DNA of 64,000 bases, from contig OZ316892.1 of NCBI GenBank assembly GCA_973895155.1, positions 30,386,932 to 30,450,931 of the forward strand, read 5' to 3'. Of this stretch, positions 50,625-61,591 are shown piece by piece. The translations under genes were made by a program, and so were the position numbers. The notes beneath the pieces are model-generated. The model had not been told where the DNA came from. It did no database searches and saw only the letters and a list, made by a program, of their open reading frames with translations. The DNA is from Marsupella aquatica (taxonomy: Eukaryota; Plantae; Marchantiophyta). Position 1 is the first letter of the stretch. Every line of letters starts with the position of its first letter.

Positions 50625-53145
50625 ATAATCTTCTCAGACTGCTCTATACTGACTTGTTGACCTTTTGACGGTCCATCAGTCCAAACATAATGAGTAGCAC
50701 TTGCTTTGAGTGATTTGTAACCAGTTCTACCAATTTCAGTCCCCGGTTTCCTAACAAAAGGGAGAATTACGGGGCTTCCAGTAGAAGAATCTGTGAAAAC
50801 AAGCTTATTCTTTGAAGCACAAAACATTTGGTCCAAGGGAGAGGACGATGCACCTGCCTCGTCCTGAGGGGGAGTATGGCAGCCACTAGCTTTCTTAGTA
50901 GAGAAAATCTCATCCAGTTGAGGAGGGCTTGGAATTGGTTGGCTAATTGCATCCTGCAAGGTGGATTCCCAACCAACATCCAAGGTTGAAGACTGTTGTT
51001 CATGTTGTGCATCCCCAAGGCCACCCGATGAAGGAACACCTGGAACGTCGAGATCATCTCGAGCATCATTTCCAAATTCAGGCAGTATTTCACCCTCCTC
51101 TTCCATGTAGCTTGTGATTTTTGGGCCCTCCGTTTTGCGATGCTCTAAATTCTCCGCAAATACTTCCTCATAAACACTGGCTTCCACCGGAGCTATGTCT
51201 AAGGCCGCCTCTTCTATTACAACAAGGGGACCGGCAGTAATTTCCTCAGATGGTAACGGCTCCTTGGGTGGCACATATAAAACCTGCTTGTTGTCATGAA
51301 GAAGCTGAGCAAAGGCTTCTGTGAATTCCATCTCTTGAGCTGTGTCCGAATACACAAAACAATCATGACCAAGAATGACACAAGCTTTCAATGTCTGTCC
51401 TCCAGAGAAGAAATCCAACACTGCATGACCTGGGCACGAGAAATAATCAACAAGACGCTTTGTCATTTGCAAAGGCTTTGCTCTCGGATTTACAAAGCCA
51501 CCACGCCGACCGACCATCTCATAAGATGGGGCCATCTTCTCCAAAACTTCGACATCAATAGTGGTTTCATCGAGCTTGTCTTTCCCCTTTGATTGGTCTT
51601 TGTTGTTCCCAGTAGGGGCCTTCAAAGGCAAGACTGTGAAGTCTCTGTCCCACTTCTCACTGTAGTTCCAGAACGCATAAAAGTCATCAAAAAAAATTTG
51701 GGACCAGTCTGGTTCCTCTTCACAACAAATTCCTCCAAAGATGATTGAGTCTCGGGCTCCAATGAGAAAATCTCCCTCCTCCTTGGGCAGCTGATCACGG
51801 TAGTAGCTTTCGTACTCCAGCTTTGTGTGGACTTTCTTCTCACAACAAATCTTTTCAAAGGCACTCTGAATCTGGCCTATCAATGGACCTTGATGGACAA
51901 AAAAGATTACTAAGACCTCTGTCGAGTTCGCCATCTGCAAAGAATACCCCAGCAAAACAAAAAAATTGGCATCTGTCCACTGCCGTTGTCGAAGACGACC
52001 AAAATCAACAATGGAGAGTGGGCACGTCCTTTGCACCAAGTCAACAATCTTAGGCTTCATTGTCCTCATCAAATTATCGCTAAAAAATGTGCGATAAGGA
52101 GTATCCTCCATTGAAGGCAACCCGCCAAATACCTTGCAATATATCTACTCAAGCCTAACAATGAGACTTTGCGGAAATGGGTCTTTTGGCCTATTTCTTT
52201 TTAGGAGGTTGGAAATCCAAACCTCTCCAGCAAGTTGTCTAAGTTTTGGCAACTCACCACGATCCATAAATGCAGGCAAAAATTGAGTTAGCTCAAACCA
52301 AGTGAGTGAATTGGCAAACCAATCCGGATACTTCAAAACGAAGTACTCCACAATTTTTGCCCTCAGCTTGGTCATGACTTTGAAAGTATGAGCCATATCA
52401 CTCATTGATTGAACATCAGATTTGTTCATTGGGTCTTTCTTCAATAAAACCTTCTGTTGTTGAACGGCAGTAAAAACTTTCAGAATGTTGTCACTACTCA
52501 GGTCTCCTTCAAAGCATCTAAACAATGCCGGCGTAATCATTTTTGTTGTCCGGAATTTCCCATTTATTTTTGAACCTAACTCCCCTAGACCATCGGGAAG
52601 AAGTCCCTTGACCCAATCGATGCACATTTGTCTCCAAGTTCGGAAGAGGTTCTCATCCGAAAACAGCAACCAAAAAATATTCCTCAGATCGGATTTTCCA
52701 GTTGTTATTTTGGCAAGGGCCATAAAATCCTAATCCAAACAGTACAAAGAAAATCTGAGGCTCGAGACAATCTCAAGGTAGAATTAAGGAACTATGGTAA
52801 AATTTATGGGAGAATACATGAAGATAAATCAAATACAAAAACTTGACCTCGAGGCTCAAGATGATCTCGAGCTAGAAGTGGATTTGAGTTTGAATTTACC
52901 TGGAACTTTTGATGATCCGTTAGTCTATTGGACCCAATCACGGGTCTCTCCGGATGGCCACACTCGTCAAACTGTCGACGAGCATGGACCATAGTATCAA
53001 GAAAATAGGACTCATACTCCATGGTCTTATTAACAACATTTGCCCTTTGTGAGTGTTGAGCAAGTATTGTTCTTGGAGTTCAATCCGAAAGAATTCGTGA
53101 CTTTCGATATTGCAGACTCTTCTCGACCTCCTTCAACTTTGCATC

Positions 53146-56100
53146 GCTCTTAGTGTGGTGCGTCCCATGGCTCCCTAAACCCAAGAAACCCACCAGCACA
53201 AGCCGATTCCCGCAGGTTTCGCGCTTGGCGGGGCCGTTTCCTCGGCTTAGCGGCATGGGACGCTGCTAACCTCCTTCTACTACTACTATTAACATTTTAC
53301 ACACATATACTGGACAGATCCTTCATCGGGTCATGAGATATGTAGCCGGCCTACTCTAGGCCTTCCCTTGTCTTCCTCTCCTTCTGGTTAGGTATATTTG
53401 GATTCCGCCGCCGGAATGATCCCCAATAGGCTTGGTTAAGCCGCTAAGACCTCTCTCAGCTCGACACATCCAACTCTCACTCCCTTGCTTACTTTCCTTC
53501 TCCTATTAGTTGATGTGGGCACTCTTCACACAAGTTAATGCGACACACAAATAGTAAAATGACTCCTTCTGACTGAGTCATACCATGCACTTGCCATACA
53601 AACAGTACATCTCATACACAAGCTCTGCGAACTAAGCCGTGAGGCCAACTCTATTCAGCTCTTAGGCATGAGGAAACATGAATATACACAAGGTCACTGT
53701 ATGACTAACCGAGAGCTTCTCTTACTACTTGATCCCAGCCCGGCTGGTGCAAACTAAAAACTTGCTAAAGAAGAGGCCCTGAGCTCCCCGTAGCCCAGGT
53801 ACTTATCCTAGTAGCGGATCCGCCAAATTCTTTGCAGCGTAAGCCTAATCTACCTAACAGAATCTACCTGCCCGGATCTACCTATGTACAGCAAGGCAGG
53901 GGCACAAGTGTTGCTCCTACCAGTGGAACCGCAATCCCACTAAGCTAAGTGTCAGGGCCGCTCCTGGTCCTGATCCTAATTTTAAACTTGGAGATCAGCG
54001 CCCGCCCTGCCCACTCACGTCTCCTACCTCCACGTCCGCCCTTCCTAAAAGGAACGGCGTCCTTGCACCGTCACGACACCGGTGGTGGATCCCCAATGGA
54101 CGCCCCCAACGCTTCCTCCTCAGCCACTGCCGTTGGCCCGTCTACTGACAAATTACCTGCCCTTGACTGAGTCAACTCTCCATCGGCCTGACTGGGCCCA
54201 CCCTCGGCCTCGGCATCGGCTCGGGAATCATTCTCGGCTACGGCCTCAGCCTCGGCTTCGGCCTCAGCTTTGGCCACTGTCTCCCCGGCCTGCTCAAGGG
54301 GTGGATCTGGGATACCGGCCTCATTACTGAGTAGCTCGACTTGGGCCGCGCCATCCCCACCTTTGGTGATAGTGGAATCTATTGCTGTGTTCATGCCGGA
54401 GGTTGGTGCCGGTTTGAGTACGGCTTGAGGGGTCGAATAACCTCCGGACCCCAAAGGTTTTCGCTTCTTCTTCTTCACTATCTCCACAGCTGGTTCCTTC
54501 CCTTTGCCGCCCATGTTCGGCACCGGGCCGTGTGTCACGGTTGGTCCTTCGGCAATTACCACCCCTGGTAACTGGTTCGCCCCAACGGGAGATGGTCCTG
54601 CTGCAGCTAAGCATTTAAATACTGCGGCTTGTTTCTTCAGCCGCTCTGTTTGGTTGTCGGCCCGCCGCTGTAGGTTCTCCATCTTCCTCGTGATTTCCTC
54701 CAACTCCTCCTGGGTCTCATCCAGGTCCTTACGTGCCCCCTCCAGCTCGTTTTTGGCCTCCTCCTGCTCCCTGTGGGCTTCCTCCAACTCCTTTTTCAAG
54801 GTAGCCCTCTCCTCCTGGGTTGCTCTAAGCTCTTTGTCGAGCTCTATCACGATCTCAGACTCCATTTTATTCATCTTGGCATAAGTCTGATCGAGCATAT
54901 TGTCCTTCTCCCTTAGGTCGGCCTTGAAGCTGGCCGTTAGGGACGCAAGCTCCTGCTATAGCGCAATAATCCCTTGATAGGATTTCCCTAACTCGGCCTC
55001 CTTCTGCTCAAGGGCTCCGCGGATTTTCTCGAGCTCCCCCTTCAACGCCCATTCCTTTCTTTGGGTCTCCGCCATGACCCGGTTGTTGACTGCTATATGG
55101 GCCTCCTCTGCGTCTCTCAGCTCCTTCTTCCATTTCTCCCTGTCCTTGATTGCGTCGGCCAATTCTCCCTGGGTCTGAGTCAGTTTATCCTTGATAATCT
55201 GACCATCAGCCTGCGCTGTGTCCAACTGCCCCTGCATGATGTTCAGCTCATGCCGCTTAATCCGCAGTTCATCTTGGGCTTTCTTGGCCGCCCTTAGTTC
55301 TTCAATCTCGGCTTCCATCCTTCTAAGCCGCCGGATGACCTCATCCTTCTTGCTTCTCTCTAAAGCCACCGCTTCATCTAATTGGTGCTTCTCCAACTGC
55401 TCCCTATGGAAAAAGGGTCCTACCTCCAACTCCTCCCCAAAGATGCCGAGCGCAAGTTCTCCACACATCTCACCATACTCCATGGCTCTATTCTTAGCGT
55501 AGGTGGAGTAAGTAGAAGTGATCGGCATCGTCCATCGCGGCCTCTGCTCCCAAGCCGTCTTGCGGATCTCTTCAATCGTGGCTAGAGGTTTGCTTCCTTT
55601 TTTGGCTAGCCGCCTGATGTCCTCCGGCCAGTCTCCTCCTGGTAAATCCTTTTCCCTAGCCAAGGCTGCCTCCTCTTCCTGCCTGATTTGCTCCTGAAAT
55701 TCCTGCGCCGTCTGTTTTATCCGTCAAAGCTCGGGGGAGCAACATCTGGTGGGGGAGACTCAGGGCTACTCTGCTAGTTGGGGTCCCCTCGTACTACCCT
55801 TGGAAGTGTGGGGATAAACCGGCCACAGGTCCTTACTCCTGGAACGTGATGGTCCGACCCATAGCCGGAGTTATCATGGCTGCAGTCCTCCACTATCTCC
55901 TCTACTTCTTGGACTTCCGGCTTCTCCCTCTCTTCTTCGTCGATAGGAGCTTCAGGCAATTCTTCCTCAGATTCAGAGCTTGAGACTCCTACGTACATTT
56001 GAACACCCGGCTTGGATTCTGGCCTGATTCTCTCCTTATTTCCGGTAAAGGGGTTTTCCCTTGTAAGTCTGCTTAGGTTGACCTCTGGGGCAGTGTCCTG

Positions 56101-57839
56101 CATTGTTGCCGTTGCCGTTGTCGTTGCCATTCTCTTTTCTTTCTCCACTAGTTTCAGCAGATTCTGCATGCCTGGTTGCTGCATCGGCAAGTCTTCCTTC
56201 CTTGGCCTAAACACCTGCTCAATCGTAGGGCTGACAGGTGGTTGAGGCTTCTCTGCTACCGGCCTCGGTGCTGGCGCTTCCTCGGGTGTCCTTACCTGTA
56301 GGGGAAGTACTGGGGCAAAGGTCTGACCTCTGGCATACCGGCACAACAGCGACATGTGATAGCCAAGCCGCGACACGCTCCCCATGCCGATTACCTGCTG
56401 CTCCTCCTTTAAGATCTTCTTCAATTGGTTGAGGAGGTACCCGTTGTAGTCCTGGCTTGGGTCTGGCCTCTCTGCCAGATAGACCTGTGCCTTGCCGATC
56501 TCTGCCCTCGGCAAGTTACAATGCATGGTTACCCGCAAGAAGTCGATCATCTCTCCTATGTGCGGGTTGGTACAGGTGTTCCAGAAGAAGCCATTCTTCG
56601 TTGATGGCCCGGGGAACGACCGGAACTCTTTGTCAGGCAAGGTCTTCCTGGTATCAACCTTGGTCTTATTGCCTATCGGCAAGCCAAACACTTCGGCAAT
56701 TACCTTGGGAGTAAGATAGAAATCCTTCCCATATATCCTCGTGCAATTGGTCTCGGGTTCCCATGACCCCACGAATTCTAATAGGTCTGACTCCGGCACC
56801 TCCAGCTTCAACCATGGTAATCTTACAAAGGCCTCTAAGCCGGATCCGGCCATGAAGCCTTGGTACTTCTTGGTCTGCATGGCCGTAAAGCATGCATCCT
56901 CCTCCCGTGCAAAATGTAGTTGCACCTCCACTGGTAGAGTTGCCTCCCAGCCCTTCCAGGTGTCATCCCTGGTTGGAATGGCATTAATGGGATCGACCTC
57001 CTCCTCTTCGGCTTCTCCCTGCCTCCCGCTCTGCTGCTCGGCTGGCTTCTTTGGTGCCGCCGACCTCGTTCTTTTCGCCGGGGTGGCTTCATCGATGACG
57101 GCTCCCTTCCTTTTCATCTCGGCTGCCGTGGAGGTTTCTCCTAGCACCGTTGCCTGGGTCCACCTTTCCGTGCTACCCTTCAATTCCCAGTGTATGTCGT
57201 TGCAGTTCTTGATGGCCTCTCGAATGCCGATGATTCTGTCTTTGCAAAACAGAAGATCGTCGAGCTGATTGGAAGTAGGAGTCCACAAGAACTCGGCCTT
57301 GATGAGTTTGCCTCCTAAGAAAGCCGCTTTCTGCAGCTCCCACAATCGAGCGAGCTCCTGCCGTTCTCGAGCTGCTCTCTCCGATTCTTCGTCCTCGTAA
57401 GTCCCAATGTACTTAGTTGCCCGTTCGAACAGGCAACCCCAGAAATGTGTCGCTTGATTGACGTTGCTCATACCCTCCTTAGGTCGATCGTCGGTATCTA
57501 CTCTCTCCCCGAGTGCTTGCCTAAGCAGCTGACAGTAGTTGGCCTCCCGTAGTCGTCTGCCGAGTTTGTGCCTGCAAATGAGCCACAACTCCTCGCGAGC
57601 TGCCCTTACCCCTCTCCTCTTCCGGTCCTTCCTCCCGTTGATCCTTCCTAGCCGCCGATGCTTAGCGCACCCTAACCCTAATCGAGTTCTCTCCCCTGGC
57701 GTCCTTACTTCCGGCCTCGGCTCGGGTTCCATAGTCGCCCCTAATTGTTTATATTTTCCTTGTTTTGTCCCTATACTAAGGTGTTGCCAGGGTGCATTCC
57801 TGCTTTACCCACTCAACTGGCCGAGTGATTCCTGACTAG
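53146..57839 (-). mobile_element. Unclassified 4.7-kb element, copy 2, with intact flanks
   Basis: GCATC direct repeat at 53141-53145 and 57840-57844, and removal restores the host frame. No TG..CA termini and no long terminal repeats. Confidence 0.85.
54071..57732 (-). CDS. Accessory ORF(s) of the unclassified element: plant-transposon-like domain plus long coiled coil (ORFs 55774-57732, 54956-55663, 54071-54898)
   Basis: Close homologue of 33098-36218, with an in-frame stop at 54956. Confidence 0.55.
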
Positions 57840-60800
57840 GCATCACACTTAGCCCAACCTATGATCCAAACAACTGCCTTTGCCGAATGTTGTCCACTGA
57901 TTGCAAGGAACTGCACCTTCTTATTCTTAACACCCCACTCAAACTCCTTTCGATCCTCAACAGTATTCTCATAATGGAGCAACTGCGAACTCTCTCTTGA
58001 ATACGGAATTAAATCCGCCACAGCTGGTACCATTCCAGGGTTTCTAACCATGGATTTTGTGACCTCCATGGCATGGTCTTTATTGAACATCCTATATACC
58101 AAAACTGCAGACGGCGAATCTATACTAGTGATAGGAATGTCAAAAGTTTCATTCATGCCAAATGTGTAATACTCCTCAATCTCCTTAAGAACTTTGGCTC
58201 CTTCCTTAACGCTCTTTTCTCCTGGAGCATCTCCTGGAGTGCCATCATCATCGGTATGTGCATTCACACCCGAGGAAGATGCCGGAATGAGATCTACCTT
58301 GGGCGGCGCGGACTTTTTTTGAGGTGGAGCCTTCTTCACTTTGCTTTCGGGTTTCTCAACCCTCTTCCTCTTTTGAGACACCTTTGCTTCCTTTTTGTCC
58401 AAACCTGACATCTTGTCTCCTGCAGCTACAGATTTCAATTTACCTGTTTGTCTCCGATGAGACAACACCCACTTTTTACAAGCATCCTCGTCAAATTCTC
58501 CGGCTCCAAACACAAAATCAGGGGATATGGATTCAAACTCCCCCAATTTGGATTCCGACATTAGTCTCAAAACCTTCCACGTGAAAGGAGTCATGAATGC
58601 ATCATCACAATCAAACCCATACTTTCGACAGTAAAGGAATCCAAAAATTATGTCCGCTCCAGATATAGGAGTATCTTCTAGCAAATTACTTGTAGTAAAA
58701 CCCCCAGGGAAGAACCCCATTGATATCACGCTCAGTTGTTTCCTGGCTGCACGTTCAATGTTAAGATCGCAAGAGTAGTTTTTGGCGTGAAGTCTAATTA
58801 GAGCCCACTTCCCTGTCTCGTGGTTCTCCACCGTCAAAACCATGTCCTTACCGTTACTTGTCACAATAGAAACAATAGGCCCTAGAAGGCTGCACACTAG
58901 AGGATCGACTGATGGAGACCTCGTCTTCACACAAATAATAGTTCCTTCCATGTCTTCAGTTTCAGCAAGCTCAATGGCCCAATAGAATCCAAATAAACCC
59001 TGTCCAGGGCAGGAAACCTCAATTGCATGTTCATCTTCGACTACCAAATTGGGCGATCCCAATTTTGCACCTAGTACAGCCAAAATGTAGCAATTGTCAG
59101 AAACATGTACTACAAAACCAAGAAACAAATAGGTGGCTCGAGATGATCTCGATCTTCCTTTTAAGTTTAATAGTCTGACATGTTCCAATGCCATTTCATC
59201 CATGGAATTTAAAAAGAGATTTCAAACCCAAGAAATCTAAAAAGATAACACAATAGTTAGGAAACACAATAGGCTCGAGATGATCTCGATCCACCATCTG
59301 TTTAAAAGATCTCGATCCTCATATATATCAGTTGAGGTTTTATTCCATTGCATATCATGAACCAGTCAAATTTAACGAACAACATTTTCAAGAATGATCC
59401 AATGTCACCTATTCGACCACATTCAAAACCCTCTAACTCAGTGGTTTGTCATCTTCACAAACGAGTTGGAGGACTAAGAAAGTGGTCCAAAAGGCAAGCT
59501 TGGATCACAATGAAAAGGATATTGGTAATTGATGACATGGAGTCCTTCCAACTGGAAGAAATTGGCCAAGGGATACGAATGACCATAAAGGAAGATGGTG
59601 AGGGATATATTTGGCTCGAGACGATCTCGAGCCTAACATGTCAAACGAGTGATCCAAATATCATATTCAACAATGAACATCATATTCAATCAATGATTAA
59701 AATCCACTTTCTCCATTGACTTCTGATACCCACAAACCCGTTCAGATGTCAATAATCAGAATGAGTTGGAGGGTATAGGAATCCCTGGAGAAAGGAAATT
59801 TTAGATTTTTTGGATATGATTTTTCACTTTTGAAGGATAAGGGTTTCCAACTTGAAGAAATCTCACTAGGTCACATGCAGGAATTGCATATTGGCTCGAG
59901 ACGATCTCGAGCCTCATGCCACTTACATCAAATGCAAAATCAATTGATAGATCACAACTTTTGAAGCAAAGTATTGTAGAAAACATCAATAGGCTCGAGA
60001 TGATCTCAAGCCTCAACTGCATCCAAGGAATCCAGAAACAAGTGGACCAATTGAAGCTTGAGACAATCTCGAGTTAAACCTGAACAGAACAAAGATGATG
60101 AATTACGTTTAATGGTGCGATGGATCTGATGCGCTGAGTCTAGATGGGTCTGAAGCTCTTTGCCAACGGTTGCAAGGTTGTACTCAGCGAATTCCTCCTT
60201 GGAGAAATCTACAACAGTCAACATGGCTGGTGAAGAGAGGAACGTACTACGGGCTGAGAACTTAAAAACAAATCTCGAGCCTAAACAGAATATCTCGACC
60301 CTATCGAAGCTCTAGCTTAAACACAAAATCTTGATACTATAAAAGCTCGAGGAAAACCTAATCTCGACCCTCTGCAATCTCGAGGGTAATACAAGGATCT
60401 CGAGGCAAGAGCGCAAAACAATCTAGAGGCAAGGAGGCAAGGGACGCGAGGAGGCGAAGAGGCGAGGAGGCGAATATGAAAATGGGGACTTCAAAACCCC
60501 TGAAGCCACTATAAGCCCCTCGGGGGTCAGCCTTGGCCGTGCCAAGCGTGCTAGGGCTCGTGCAGGCTCAGGCAGGCTGCCACGCAACCTGCTGGGTGCG
60601 TACAGTCATTATTACGGTCACAGGTGTTGTCATTATTGTTATCCGTACTTCAACCCTGCCGTGAGTTTAGCCGTGACACAAGTTCAACGAAGCCGTCTTA
60701 TTGGCCTTTTTGTCTGTCAGGGTTTTATATATTGCTTCTCTTTGGTCTCCAGCGGGTCATTCTTCTCATTTCGTTTCATTGCTCGCTCGTTTCTCCCTCT

Positions 60801-61591
60801 GCCTCTCTCTCCCTCTCCCTCTCCCTCTCTTTGGCTCTAGATTTCTGCTCTGATCTCTTTCTATTGTTCTTTGCAAGGGTTGTGGACTCTACGTTTGTGT
60901 TTAGGATATTTCAAGAAATTCTCATTGTAAGCCCTAAAGGAGGTCTAAAATAATCGAGCTCCTATCTTTTAGAAAACCAAACCTTTTCAGCTTATACTAT
61001 TGTCGGTCAAAATCCATTTGGAAGCATTTTCCCTCTATTTGATGGCCTTTTAGAAGCTATTTCTCAGTGTCTGGAAGTAAACTGGGAGCCTACTTTCTTA
61101 ATTGCACCAAATCATTCCTCTAGATCATCTAGAGCCATTATATGCTCTTATTTTGGGTGGCTTATTATTCATAATAGTTTCTTTGTCAAATACAATGTCC
61201 TTTTTGGCTCGAGATCATCTCGAGTCATAAGTTTGATCCTCAAACTTATTCACTTTTGCCTTCTTTCTAATGGTGCATTCGGTTTTCCTTCTTATAATTG
61301 AGTTTGTAGAGAGTCGGAGGTATAGAATCTGAATTCGCTATTCAGTGAGATTTCATATTTTACCTCGAGATCGTCTCGAGCTAAATACTTCTGAATTTTT
61401 ACATATTGGAGTTTTTTGTCCCTCTTCTACCTCGAGATCGTCTCGAGGTAGAAGAGTTTCTTATTTTCTCTATCACACAATTTTGTGGGATAAACTTCTA
61501 CACTTGGGTTTTTTGGTTTGTTTTTGTAGTCACTTTACCTCGAGATCATCTCGAGGTAACTACATCCAACTGTTTGGACCACGTTTTCAAA

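Larger units (their letters stand above)
50564..59203 (-). pseudogene. ParB-like + DNA methyltransferase-like fusion gene, copy B, split by a 4.7-kb insertion; further exons probably extend to ~60220
   Basis: FDIPITSIDSP..YRMFNKDHAMEVTKSMVRNPG..FLAISGQHSAKA. The frame resumes at 53140 (CDA|KLKEVEKSLQYRK). Intron 52730-52899 is at the same site as in A. MTase-like NPRAKPLQMTKRLVDYFSCPGHAVLDFFSGG. Confidence 0.8.

Noticed and set aside
53150-53600. Hammerhead ribozyme or Penelope-like terminal repeat
   Set aside because: I found no CUGANGA...GAAA core with correct stems by eye.
53146-57839. Helitron/Helentron call (CTAG end, small hairpin, possible TC start, weak subterminal inverted repeat)
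   Set aside because: The stem is only 5 bp, the inverted repeat matches 8 of 10, a 5-bp duplication is present and there is no Rep/helicase, so the evidence is insufficient.
17853-59203. Prophage, plasmid or bacterial contamination explaining the ParB/MTase genes
   Set aside because: The genes have spliceosomal introns and lie within TSD-bounded eukaryotic transposons among LTR insertions.
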